A stretch of DNA of 25,442 nt. Source: a virus (Duplodnaviria > Caudoviricetes). A model generated the notes under the pieces. The model was given only the letters and a program-made list of their open reading frames with translations, did not search any database and was not told the origin of the DNA. Below, piece after piece: positions 8,586 to 17,496 of this stretch. Position 1 is the stretch's first letter. Each line of letters opens with the position of its first letter. The stretch lies in the IMG/VR virus record IMGVR_UViG_3300026980_000022, positions 1-25,442 of that record; one strand, given 5' to 3'. The position numbers were made by a program, and so were the translations under genes.

Positions 8586-8960
8586 CTAACGGTTCGATCT
8601 CCGGTTTCTTAACCTACCTGTCTTCGGGTCGATCTGGATATCCACTCCGGGTGTCGCCCCCCAAAGCTTTCCCTTCTCATCCAGGTAGATTCCAAAATAA
8701 GCATCGGGAACCTTGGGATTTGCGGGGCGTCGCAGACCGTGGTCGGGAACCCGCCACAGCTGATTGCCTTCGAGATCGAATCCGATGATATTCCGCCCCA
8801 CCAGCATGTCGCCCTTCTCAAAATCATCCACCTTGAGCAGGGCAACCACGGTATCTTTGACAATAAAATATTGATTGATCCGCTGATCGAAACGCACTTC
8901 CTTTTCGCCAATCCGAAGGGTACGCCCATCGACCGTTTTGACTTCCGATACGCGGCTCAT
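8586..8960 (-). CDS. Putative cognate immunity protein, copy 1
   Basis: Small beta-rich protein translationally coupled (ATGA) to the toxin stop codon. Lower GC than the flanking structural genes. Confidence 0.72.
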   Translation of the reverse strand: MSRVSEVKTVDGRTLRIGEKEVRFDQRINQYFIVKDTVVALLKVDDFEKGDMLVGRNIIGFDLEGNQLWRVPDHGLRRPANPKVPDAYFGIYLDEKGKLWGATPGVDIQIDPKTGRLRNRRSNR

Positions 8961-11551
8961 TGCGAAATCCTTTGAGGCTCACCAAACCAGTCTTCTTTAA
9001 ACTCGCTTTGAATCTGATATTGCATTGCCCCGCCTGTCCCGTGTGTTTTATGCGGGCCCGCTATTCCAACACGAACTCTCGTTTTCGCGGGAAGGGTAAC
9101 GGGAACCACGAACGCCGGTTCCTTGTCCAACGCGAAGATTTCCTTCAGCTTCGCTGGCCCGCCTTCCTTCAATGCTGCTTCGTAATCTGACCTGAGCATG
9201 ATCCATTCACTCTTCGGATAACGACCCTCCGGAAATACCCGAACGAATTCCCCTTTGGACTCGCGGCTTAATATAGCATCGTAGACCGGCGTATCGACCC
9301 GGTAAGGCGGTTGAAAATCCGGATGCGAGGCATCGGCATTCTTGCCGAAGATCTTCTTGGCGAACTCGTCGTTGGCCCGCGCGCCGCCGACGGGGGAGCG
9401 ATGCACGTACCGGCTGCTCAGCGTCTCTTTCTGAACATCCTGCCCCAGCCGCATGATGTCGGTGTGGCTGAAGCGGTCGCCGGCCTGCTTCACGAACCGG
9501 GACGCCCGCCGGCCGGCCCGGCTCGATGCCCGGAGGATGGGGAGCATGAAGGCCGCTCCCTCGATCGCTTTTCCGCCCAGCTTGGCAAGGTTTCCAAGCC
9601 CCGGGACGGCGAAGGCCCCATGCAGCAGCCCCTCGCCGCCTTTCATCAGGGCTTCGGCGAGATCGTCGTTCTCGAGGGCGGCCTTCGCCGCGACAAAGGC
9701 GTTGTAGGCGTCGATCCCGTCGATGACGTTTCCGGTCCCGGGCGCCAATTCGGCGATGATTTGGATAACCTTGTTTCCCAGGACCTTTTTGACCGCGGGC
9801 GGCAGTTTGCCGCCATGCGCCGCGAGAAGGCTGTCCGCTTCGTCGGCGAGTTGAAGGAGCGGATGATCGGGCTCATCCTCCGGTTCCGGCGTATCGCTCG
9901 ACGCCTCGATGTTGCCGTCGTCCACCTCTGAACCGTCGGCGGCAGCCCCGTCTTCTAGTTGAGGATCTTCCGGGGCTTCTGCTTCGGGCGGAGGTTCGCT
10001 GCTGCCCGTTTCTTCCGGCGGCGCGTCGGGATTGCCTTCATCCGGCGAAACGTCGCTGGAGGTGCTGTCATCCGTGGACCCTTCGTCCGCCGGTTTCTGC
10101 GCGACAACCAACGGTGCCGGGCCGACCGCATCGAGGACGCGCTCGGTGGGATGGCCGGCGTCTATCAATTGCCCGATGGCGCGGGCGCGGTTGAGTTCGG
10201 CCTCCGGCATGACTTGGCCGAGCGATTCAACCAGGTCCGGGTTCTCGCTCAGCATCTCTTCGAGGCTTTGCGCCGTCGCGACCACGATCTCCGGATCGCC
10301 GCCGTTGAGCGCCCGCCGCATGGTCTTGGCGAGGCCTCTGGGGACGAATCTATATTCCCGGACGAAATCCTTTTCGAGGTCGCGCCGGTCTTCCTCGGGC
10401 AGCTGCGCCCAGGCTGGTGCCATGTCGGCGGCGTACCAACTCTCCATGGCTTCGCGGGTATCACCGTCGCCGAGATCCGGCTGCCCGCCCGCGCGTATCT
10501 GCGTCACCAGATCGTTGCGCGCGGCGGCTTGAGCCTTCCGTTGGGTATCCGACGCCAACCGCTGCTGGCGCAGCCTTTCGGCCTCCGCGTCATCGATCAG
10601 GCCCGCCTGCCGCGCGCGCGCAATGTCCAGGCTTCTCGCTTCGCCCCGCGATATGGCCGCGCGATAGGTGCCGCTGAAGGTCGCCGCGCCGAGATTTTGC
10701 GCTTCCGCTTCGCGCTGCTCGGCCGCCGCGCGGGCCAGTGCCGCGTCCTCGTCGGCGGCCATGGCCTGCTGGGTCAGCCGGCCAAGCCACTGGGTGCGTT
10801 CCGCGCGGCCCGTCTCGTCAGGGCCGAACAGCTCGTCGAATTCGCCCGCTTCCAGCCGCTGTTTGGCGGCACGCGGGCTATCTTCGGCCCATGTAGTGAG
10901 CGCCGTGTCGCGCAGCTCGGCGCGGAATTCCTGCTTGCGCCGTTCAACGCCTTGCTCGGAGACACCCAGTCCCTTGAGCAGGTCGAGAGTCGCGTCCGCC
11001 TGTGCCGTCAGCCCAGGGATGAGAGCCGGATAACGGGCCGCCATCTCCTGATGATGGGCGAGCACGTTTTCGGCGGATCGCACGCGCCGTACTTGCCGGC
11101 GGCCGATCTCGTCGCCCACCGCCAACGGTGCGCCGCGTTCGGCCCATATGCCGTCGATGCGCGCGCCAAGGGTCTCGCGGGTCGCGTCGTCTGGCGCCCC
11201 GTCGATTAGCGGTTGCACGCCGGCAAGGAACCGGGTGTGCGCCTCTTCGGCGCTTGCCGGCTTCTCTTCTTCTGGGGCCGTCATCACCGCGGCGAGATGC
11301 TCTTCCGCCTTGCCGTAAGCATCGAGCAGATAGTCGCTCGTCTCGAACTGCTGCAGGGTCGATTGCACCGGATCGTCCGATGCCTGTCCCATTTGCTCAG
11401 GCCTCTGCGTACCGCCACCGGCGGCCCGTGCCGCCGTGAAGGTTTGCCCATCGGGCGCGTCCTCGGACGGGAACTCGAACCCAAAGCCCGCGCGCGCGCT
11501 TTCTCGTGCCCCACCCACGATCTCATCGTTGCCCGGTGGCTTGTAAACCAT
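8957..11551 (-). CDS. Putative polymorphic toxin: helical internal-virion-like N-terminus, acidic linker, pre-toxin-TG-like helices, C-terminal toxin domain
   Basis: Start revised to ATG 11551 (AAAGGA RBS), 864 aa. 'ELAPGTGNVIDGIDAY...AVPGLGNLAKLG' is PT-TG-like. The C-terminus has 'PPY...FVRVF...W.M...FAL...P...V.LPA.T.VR.G.A.P....GGAMQY'. A coupled small downstream gene is present. Confidence 0.72.
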   Translation of the reverse strand: MVYKPPGNDEIVGGARESARAGFGFEFPSEDAPDGQTFTAARAAGGGTQRPEQMGQASDDPVQSTLQQFETSDYLLDAYGKAEEHLAAVMTAPEEEKPASAEEAHTRFLAGVQPLIDGAPDDATRETLGARIDGIWAERGAPLAVGDEIGRRQVRRVRSAENVLAHHQEMAARYPALIPGLTAQADATLDLLKGLGVSEQGVERRKQEFRAELRDTALTTWAEDSPRAAKQRLEAGEFDELFGPDETGRAERTQWLGRLTQQAMAADEDAALARAAAEQREAEAQNLGAATFSGTYRAAISRGEARSLDIARARQAGLIDDAEAERLRQQRLASDTQRKAQAAARNDLVTQIRAGGQPDLGDGDTREAMESWYAADMAPAWAQLPEEDRRDLEKDFVREYRFVPRGLAKTMRRALNGGDPEIVVATAQSLEEMLSENPDLVESLGQVMPEAELNRARAIGQLIDAGHPTERVLDAVGPAPLVVAQKPADEGSTDDSTSSDVSPDEGNPDAPPEETGSSEPPPEAEAPEDPQLEDGAAADGSEVDDGNIEASSDTPEPEDEPDHPLLQLADEADSLLAAHGGKLPPAVKKVLGNKVIQIIAELAPGTGNVIDGIDAYNAFVAAKAALENDDLAEALMKGGEGLLHGAFAVPGLGNLAKLGGKAIEGAAFMLPILRASSRAGRRASRFVKQAGDRFSHTDIMRLGQDVQKETLSSRYVHRSPVGGARANDEFAKKIFGKNADASHPDFQPPYRVDTPVYDAILSRESKGEFVRVFPEGRYPKSEWIMLRSDYEAALKEGGPAKLKEIFALDKEPAFVVPVTLPAKTRVRVGIAGPHKTHGTGGAMQYQIQSEFKEDWFGEPQRISQ

Positions 11552-11595
11552 CGCAGCGTCCTTTCGATTTTGATTTCTTGAAGTACGTGCGGACC

Positions 11596-11730
11596 TAGAG
11601 CGGCTTCCGCTCAATTGAGATCAGGACTGATTTCAATTGGGCGGATTACACCGCTCTAATTTTTTGAATGTCGCGCAAGTAAATCCGAATAAGTCGATCC
11701 TTAGAGGAATGACTTATTCGGATATTGCGC
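11596..11730 (-). promoter_or_regulatory. Two tandem long inverted repeats between the portal and toxin genes
   Basis: ATCCGAATAAGTC (11683-11695) / GACTTATTCGGAT (11711-11723) is a perfect 13-bp IR. Nested IRs TAGAGCGG/CCGCTCTA, TCCGC/GCGGA and CAATTGA/TCAATTG span 11596-11658. Confidence 0.6.
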
Positions 11731-13376
11731 TACACGGGCAGCACGCTCTTGAGCAGCTTAGGATCGAGGGTCTGAGCTTTCACCGCGCCGTCGAGCAGCC
11801 GCTCGGCATCCGCGGCCGTTTTTTCGGCGGCCATCGCCTGCGTGCGCTCACCCCGCGTTGCCTCCACCTTGGTCGCGTCGGTCAGCCAATCGAGCGGCAT
11901 GCCGTTGGCTTCAGCCACGTCGCGGGCGATGCGGTCGTGGTCAAAATTGTCGGTCACTTGCGGCGCGACGCCGATCACCGGCTGCAGGTCGAGCGACGTC
12001 TTGGAAAGCGCCCCGACCTCGATCAGCTTGTGCGCTTTCGAGATGGGCGAGACATATTCGAAACGGAGGCCGCCATCGGCGATCTCTGGCGGCGCTTCGC
12101 CGAACGCACCGGCACGGAACAGCACCGAGAAAGCACGCTCCACCAGCGGACCCGTATAATCCGCCTCCAACCGCCCGAACACCGGCCCAATGACGCGGAC
12201 GAATTCCTGCTTGCGCTCGATAATCTCGGTCGCCGTCATCTGCGGACCCTGGCTCGGCAGATTGAGGATATTGCGGAAAAAGGCGTTCCAAATCTGCTCA
12301 CGGATGTCGTTCTGCATTTCCCGGCCAAGGGGCATATGCGCGCCCGTGTTAAGCGGCTGGATCGGGATACGCCCGCCCGAGGTGGCTAGCACGCTTGCGT
12401 CGTAGTAACTGATGCCGCCGGGCCAGGTGCGCACCGCCGACTTGAAGGAATCCGACGGCGCCAGCAGCGGTGGGTCCACCGCCTTGTGTCCGGCCTTGAG
12501 GAGCGTCTTGCCCATTTGGTTGAGGGACTTGGCGTCGGGCAGCGCCAGCATAGCGGGCCCGCGCCCGTAGATCTCGTCCGTCGTTGTCTCCCAGCGCGGC
12601 ACGACGTAGGGGAATTCGTGAAATCCCGACTCGGCGATCTTGTGCTCCGACGCCACGTCGATGTCGATGGCCGCGAACGGCAGATTCACAGCATCGGCGC
12701 GGCGCCGGTGACGATCGGCGCGCGGCATACATACCCGAAGAAACGTGAATTCCTGATCCGGTTCGTCATCTTTCTCCAGCGCTTCGCGGGTGCGTTCGCC
12801 TAAATTCTCGATACCATATCGCGCCGCGGCTTGGCGCGCCGTTAGCCGCACGGTGAGGAAAACAGTATCCACCTCGCCCGCCTCGTTGACTTCGATCAGC
12901 GCGTTCTTGAGGTGATGCGAACGGAACGCCAAACGCCCCTGCCCCACGTGCTCGCCCACATAAAGGACGCCGGTACCGAACACCACGAGATCGAGATCGA
13001 CTTCCGCTGAATATTGCACGAACCGGGCGTGCGGATCGTAGAGCGCATCGAACAGCCGGTCCTCGGCATGCTGCAACCAGCGCCGCACATCCTCGCGTCG
13101 CGACAGCTCGTCATCGGCGGGTCGCAGGGTTACCCAACGTTGGTTCTTAGGCTTCAACATGCCGTCGATCGCTGAGGCGAGATTGCGGGCCGCCAGCATC
13201 GGCGTGCCATCGAACTGCTTTTCCGTGCGCTTTTCGCCGGGTGCCCGCTCGCCCAGGAAGTCCGCGCGGCGCGGTAAAAAGAACTCCGCCAGCTCCTGCC
13301 AATGGCTAAGCCAGGTCGAGCGACTCGTCTTCAGCCGCTCGTAACGGTCGAGCAGCCGTTCCACATCTTTATCCAT
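11730..13376 (-). CDS. Portal protein (podovirus head-tail connector, T7 gp8/BPP-1-like)
   Basis: 'WQELAEFFLPRR', 'FDGT...A..NLAS', 'DLVVFGTG', 'EFPYVVPRW....E.YGRGP.M.ALPD.KSLN' and 'MTATEI.ER.QE' motifs. 548 aa. Confidence 0.95.
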   Translation of the reverse strand: MDKDVERLLDRYERLKTSRSTWLSHWQELAEFFLPRRADFLGERAPGEKRTEKQFDGTPMLAARNLASAIDGMLKPKNQRWVTLRPADDELSRREDVRRWLQHAEDRLFDALYDPHARFVQYSAEVDLDLVVFGTGVLYVGEHVGQGRLAFRSHHLKNALIEVNEAGEVDTVFLTVRLTARQAAARYGIENLGERTREALEKDDEPDQEFTFLRVCMPRADRHRRRADAVNLPFAAIDIDVASEHKIAESGFHEFPYVVPRWETTTDEIYGRGPAMLALPDAKSLNQMGKTLLKAGHKAVDPPLLAPSDSFKSAVRTWPGGISYYDASVLATSGGRIPIQPLNTGAHMPLGREMQNDIREQIWNAFFRNILNLPSQGPQMTATEIIERKQEFVRVIGPVFGRLEADYTGPLVERAFSVLFRAGAFGEAPPEIADGGLRFEYVSPISKAHKLIEVGALSKTSLDLQPVIGVAPQVTDNFDHDRIARDVAEANGMPLDWLTDATKVEATRGERTQAMAAEKTAADAERLLDGAVKAQTLDPKLLKSVLPV

Positions 13377-13412
13377 GTTTTGATCCTTCGCCGGAATGGC
13401 GCTGGCGGGGAG

Positions 13413-13619
13413 TTAGGCCCCTAATGTCGGACGCGACAGGTTCGGCGCCGAGGGATCACCCGCACCCGAGGTGAGAATGGTCGAGGCGCGCCCACGCCGT
13501 TTGAGCGCGGCAAGGCGTACGTCTTCTTTGCGCTGCTGAATTTCCGGATCCTCCGGTGTCGGCACTTCGGGCGCCGGCGGTGGAGGCGGCGGTGACTTAG
13601 GGGAAAAGATCGAGCCCAT
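13413..13619 (-). CDS. Small proline-rich virion protein upstream of portal
   Basis: MGSIFSPKSPPPPPP...RRGRASTILTS...TLG, a pattern typical of the gene just before the portal in podophages. GGAG RBS. Confidence 0.7.
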   Translation of the reverse strand: MGSIFSPKSPPPPPPAPEVPTPEDPEIQQRKEDVRLAALKRRGRASTILTSGAGDPSAPNLSRPTLGA

Positions 13620-13679
13620 GGCTGGTCTCCTTGGTCATATATCGTTGATGATGTTTGGAGTTTGGCTTTCGAGCCGGTA

Positions 13680-16625
13680 TCAAGAGATCGAAATTCCATA
13701 TATCTGGGACAACTGCTGCTCGATCTTGATGGCATTTTCTTCGGTTGCACCATTTCCCAGCACGACAATCACATCTCCAAATATCCCGCCAATAAAGCGG
13801 GATGGGCCACGATCGGCACCCACGAGAAGATCGTCGGCCACATCGAAATCCGTGCCGACACTCGCATCTATTGAATTCAACTTTTCGATGCCATTTCGTC
13901 TAAGGATGATGCTGTTCTCGGAACGGTCGAGAAGCATTGTCAGAATGTTTAGACCGGATAGGGCCTCAGCTACGGTGAAATTAACGCCTGCCCCGATCTG
14001 CGCACCCCATGTTTCTGAACCCGAAACACGCGCAAGAAACTGAAATCCGGCCGTCATACCGCCGCCGGGATTGGCCTTGGATACCAGCGCCTCGAAACTT
14101 TGATCAGGCGAGATGAGATCGCATGCCACGACAACCAGCACATTCTTGTCGGTACTGGCGTCCAGGGAAGCGCCAGATCCAGCCGACATGAAGTCGGCAG
14201 AGCCATTAAAGACTATTCCGGCGCGACCATTAATCGCACCCGCCATATAGCTCGGTTGATTGGCGCCGGATAATTGGGTCAGATGATTTCCGGCGCCGGA
14301 GATATCATTCCATTGGGTTACGTTCGTGCCATCCAATGTGACCGGAGAACCGTGTGCACGCAGCCAAAGCACCACACCTGGAACGTCCGTAACGCCAAAC
14401 GGAGGCTTCGCAGTGGCAATCGGCAGTTCGCCATCGGTTAGCCGATACGGCCAATAGGCAATTCGAGAAATATTGCTGTTGATATAGCCGGCACCAGTTT
14501 CACTACTACCCAAATAGGCTGTCGTTAGATTGGTCGGAATTGTCGCCAGCGTATCCTTCGATACCGTTCCGCCATTGACACACCAACCGACGTCGTTGTC
14601 CTGCCAAGCAAGGGCCATTCGATTGGTCCCACTTGTCAACGTCAGCGAGTGATCGTCCACCTGCAACACGCCCGAATTATATATTCTGCTATCGAGTTTG
14701 TTATTGGCCGCCTGTGCGACAAGAATCCGATCCGTATTCATGGATGTTGAAAGCGCAATGAAACGGGGCGTCGCGCTATCGTCATCAGGAGCTAGTTCGG
14801 CGTCGACAAGAAGCGTGCCCCGGCCTTGCACCAACCAGTCCAAATCGCTGATCGCGACATCGTCGGATTGGGTATTGCCGGAACTGTAATAGTTCAGGCC
14901 TGTCGCAAGGTGCAGGCTCGCGCCCCAGAAATCGGCAACGCCCGTCGCGACACCAAGTTCGGCCGGATATATGGCGCAACGCACGATATTACCGCTGGCG
15001 CTGGTAAAGGATTTAACCGCGCTGACCTTCGTCCATTGATTGGCAACGGTTGAAACGGTGAAGTTCTCCGCTTCCTGCGGTGATCCGGTTGCTCGTACCC
15101 TGAGCGTAACGTCACGGCCATCATCCGTATATACATACACGGAGAACACGAACGTCTTGCCGGCAATCTGGCTTCCTGTATCCACATCTTGGTATAGGCC
15201 ATGGATGCTCTCGGCCGCCGTGTTGTCGACATGGTCGCCAGTTGTCGTTCCGTCCGGCGCGATCCGATAATCCGCTGTCACGGCGACATCAGCATCGTTA
15301 CTGATTTCCCATGCCGCATCGGAGAAATCGAATGGCGCCGTTATCAAGGAAGGTGCCATCACCTCCGTCAGATCGACCGCTGTTCCTTCGGCAATAAAGA
15401 CACCCCAAAAATAGTTTCCGCCACCCACCGCCTCAGAGACATTCCCGTCACCGGCCTGATTGTTTATCGAAACATACCCAGTTGTCGCGCCGGCCGCGTT
15501 GATCGCGACGATATGCAGTAGATACCACCCATTGCCGACGTCAGTGATGCCTGAACTCAATAAAGTTGCCGTTCCGTCTTCGGCAACCGTCCCTTTTTCG
15601 CCAGTTTGGATATTGAACCATCTCGCCGCAGAGCTACCTGCATTGTTGTGCCAATTAAGCCTTACCCAAGGGACGTCCTTATACTTCGCGAAAATACTGA
15701 TGACATGATGAGTGTCCGCAGTGATCGCAAGCGACTGCCCGAAGGTCGCGTTTGTATCCGTATGCACCACTTCATCTGCTGTCGCCGTGCCATCCGGCGC
15801 AACAGCGACGTCGGTGGCAACGGTTGAATTGAGTTTAAAATTCCACAGCCCACTCCCAAGACCTGTGGGGGATTGAGCCAACGACCCCCGACTTGGGTTG
15901 TAAGGTTTCAGGACCGATCCGGTATGCAGATTTGCGCCCCAGAACCACAGATCACAATCAGTGTCACGCGCCACCATGATGACCGACGTCGTGTCAATGG
16001 AAGAAGGCATCGTGAACACGGTGCTGACGCGAACCCAGTTGCCCGAAACCAATTCGCCGACTTTTTGATCCGAGTGAACGTTGCCGGCGATATCATCGTA
16101 CACGCTGAGGACGAAATGCGTCCTGATCACTTTCGGCTTTACCCAAACCGAAAGGATATATGTCGTTTCGGGCAGCAGCGAGACTTCTTGATAGATGTTG
16201 AATGTATCGCCACCGTTGCTGTCGGCAAGATCTGCGCCGGACGTCCCATCTGGCGCAATTTCGTCGTTGGGAATGATGCTTCCGGTACTGTAGTTGAATT
16301 GCCATGCAGAGTTCGAGAAGTCCTCTGACGCCTCTAGCATCTCCGTCTTGCCTTCAAAGATCTGCACGCCAAGAGGCTGTCCGGTCGCCGGGTCATACGT
16401 GAAAGCCGGTGTATCGGCACTGGCGAAACGCAACATCCCGTCCACATCGAAATAGCTCTGCGTGCTCGCCCGGCTCCAATCGATCTCGACGCCCGGCGCG
16501 TAGTTCAGCGACGGCATCCGCTCGAAATCGATATCCACGGCCGGCCGCGGGACGCGCGGTGTTCCGGCAAACAAGGGATCGTGGGCCGCAACGATTGGCG
16601 CGCGAAGCGTGGTAGAGAGCGGCAT
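13680..16625 (-). CDS. Head-spike fibre-like adhesin (RcGTA GhsB-like), three carbohydrate-binding-like repeats plus C-terminal LamG-like domains
   Basis: N-terminal 'DFE...SRAST.SY.D..G.L..A.ADTP.F.YDP' and repeated 'APDGT..AD...GNGWY...WGA' units resemble the RcGTA head spike fibre. Coupled (TAATG) to the 93-aa gene. Confidence 0.7.
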   Translation of the reverse strand: MPLSTTLRAPIVAAHDPLFAGTPRVPRPAVDIDFERMPSLNYAPGVEIDWSRASTQSYFDVDGMLRFASADTPAFTYDPATGQPLGVQIFEGKTEMLEASEDFSNSAWQFNYSTGSIIPNDEIAPDGTSGADLADSNGGDTFNIYQEVSLLPETTYILSVWVKPKVIRTHFVLSVYDDIAGNVHSDQKVGELVSGNWVRVSTVFTMPSSIDTTSVIMVARDTDCDLWFWGANLHTGSVLKPYNPSRGSLAQSPTGLGSGLWNFKLNSTVATDVAVAPDGTATADEVVHTDTNATFGQSLAITADTHHVISIFAKYKDVPWVRLNWHNNAGSSAARWFNIQTGEKGTVAEDGTATLLSSGITDVGNGWYLLHIVAINAAGATTGYVSINNQAGDGNVSEAVGGGNYFWGVFIAEGTAVDLTEVMAPSLITAPFDFSDAAWEISNDADVAVTADYRIAPDGTTTGDHVDNTAAESIHGLYQDVDTGSQIAGKTFVFSVYVYTDDGRDVTLRVRATGSPQEAENFTVSTVANQWTKVSAVKSFTSASGNIVRCAIYPAELGVATGVADFWGASLHLATGLNYYSSGNTQSDDVAISDLDWLVQGRGTLLVDAELAPDDDSATPRFIALSTSMNTDRILVAQAANNKLDSRIYNSGVLQVDDHSLTLTSGTNRMALAWQDNDVGWCVNGGTVSKDTLATIPTNLTTAYLGSSETGAGYINSNISRIAYWPYRLTDGELPIATAKPPFGVTDVPGVVLWLRAHGSPVTLDGTNVTQWNDISGAGNHLTQLSGANQPSYMAGAINGRAGIVFNGSADFMSAGSGASLDASTDKNVLVVVACDLISPDQSFEALVSKANPGGGMTAGFQFLARVSGSETWGAQIGAGVNFTVAEALSGLNILTMLLDRSENSIILRRNGIEKLNSIDASVGTDFDVADDLLVGADRGPSRFIGGIFGDVIVVLGNGATEENAIKIEQQLSQIYGISIS

Positions 16626-16906
16626 TACTGACTGATCCGATAGGCGATGGCGCCCGAGGTATATGAGGTGCAGTTAAACCGATACAGGACGCCCAGTTCC
16701 GGCTCGTCGCCCTGAAGTTTCGGCGCGTTTCCGCTGAAGGATTGCACGTCGACCCAACTCACGCCTTCGTCGAACGACGCCTGCAGCATGACAGTCGCTA
16801 CCCCGAAGCCCGTCAGGCTAATGTTGAACGGCCCGTAGACCGATACCGCATCGGATTGTTCCGTCGCGGTAAATGTTCCCGTTTCCAGAACTTTTTGGTC
16901 GCTCAT
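16625..16906 (-). CDS. Small beta protein, putative head-spike base, copy 2
   Basis: 93-aa paralog of 19869..20150 (GFGVATV...SFSG...EPELG..YRFNCT.YTSG.IAYR.SQ). GGAG RBS. Confidence 0.6.
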   Translation of the reverse strand: MSDQKVLETGTFTATEQSDAVSVYGPFNISLTGFGVATVMLQASFDEGVSWVDVQSFSGNAPKLQGDEPELGVLYRFNCTSYTSGAIAYRISQ

Positions 16907-16931
16907 CTGGATGATCTCCTAGAGAAAATTC

Positions 16932-17288
16932 CTATGCGGTTTTGGTCAGGTGCCGGTAGAGCTGCGCTGGAGTCACGACCCACGGCGCGCGTACGCCAAT
17001 GATCCGCTTAGCAACACCGACGCAGGTGGCGAACACGAACGGAGAAACCCGCCCACCGCGGTGCACCCGCGTTTGGGCAACATTGAACCCCTGCTTCTCG
17101 TAGAATCCGGCAAGATCGAACGTGCCGGCGCACACCATTTCAATGATCGGCGTGCCGTCCTGGCTGTCGATCCGCACCCAATAGCCGCCACGGCGGACAC
17201 AGACGAAACAATGGCGAAAGCCGCGCGCCCCAAACAGGCGCGACAACGGCCCGTGGCCATGGCCATGGAAAACGACCAGCGCATTCAT
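16932..17288 (-). CDS. Hypothetical phage protein, possible permuted papain-like (NlpC/P60) peptidase
   Basis: 'GFRHCFV' His precedes 'TCVGVAKR' Cys, with a C-terminal 'TPAQLYRHL' motif. GGAG RBS. Confidence 0.5.
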   Translation of the reverse strand: MNALVVFHGHGHGPLSRLFGARGFRHCFVCVRRGGYWVRIDSQDGTPIIEMVCAGTFDLAGFYEKQGFNVAQTRVHRGGRVSPFVFATCVGVAKRIIGVRAPWVVTPAQLYRHLTKTA

Positions 17289-17342
17289 GGACTCTCTCCA
17301 CGCAGGTGATTGGTGTTGGGTTAGCCATCATTTCGGTTCCCT

Positions 17343-17382
17343 AAAAAGAACCCCGGGCCTTTGATTACTCAAAGACCCGGGG
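17343..17382 (-). terminator. Intrinsic terminator after the first head-spike module
   Basis: Minus strand CCCCGGGTCTTTGA-GTAA-TCAAAGGCCCGGGG followed by TTCTTTTT. Confidence 0.85.
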
Positions 17383-17496
17383 CAGAGGTGAGCGCGCATC
17401 ATTCACCGTTGGCGGTTAGCCATTGGCCAACGACCCGCGCCCGGTCGGAGGAGGAACCAGGAGAAGGAATTTCGGTTGAGATCTTCTTCGGTTTGG

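Larger units (their letters stand above)
8104..9067 (-). repeat. Diverged tandem duplication with a 482-bp unit (toxin 3' end + immunity gene)
   Basis: 8104..8585 aligns with 8586..9067 at a 482-nt offset at both ends, at both nucleotide and protein level. Confidence 0.9.

Noticed and set aside
8104-9067. Possible diversity-generating retroelement TR/VR pair, given the BPP-1-like genes
   Set aside because: No reverse transcriptase in the window. Differences between the copies are not adenine-specific and are largely synonymous in the core.
9959-11209. 416-aa plus-strand ORF
   Set aside because: Antisense shadow of the GC-rich toxin gene with no recognisable motifs.
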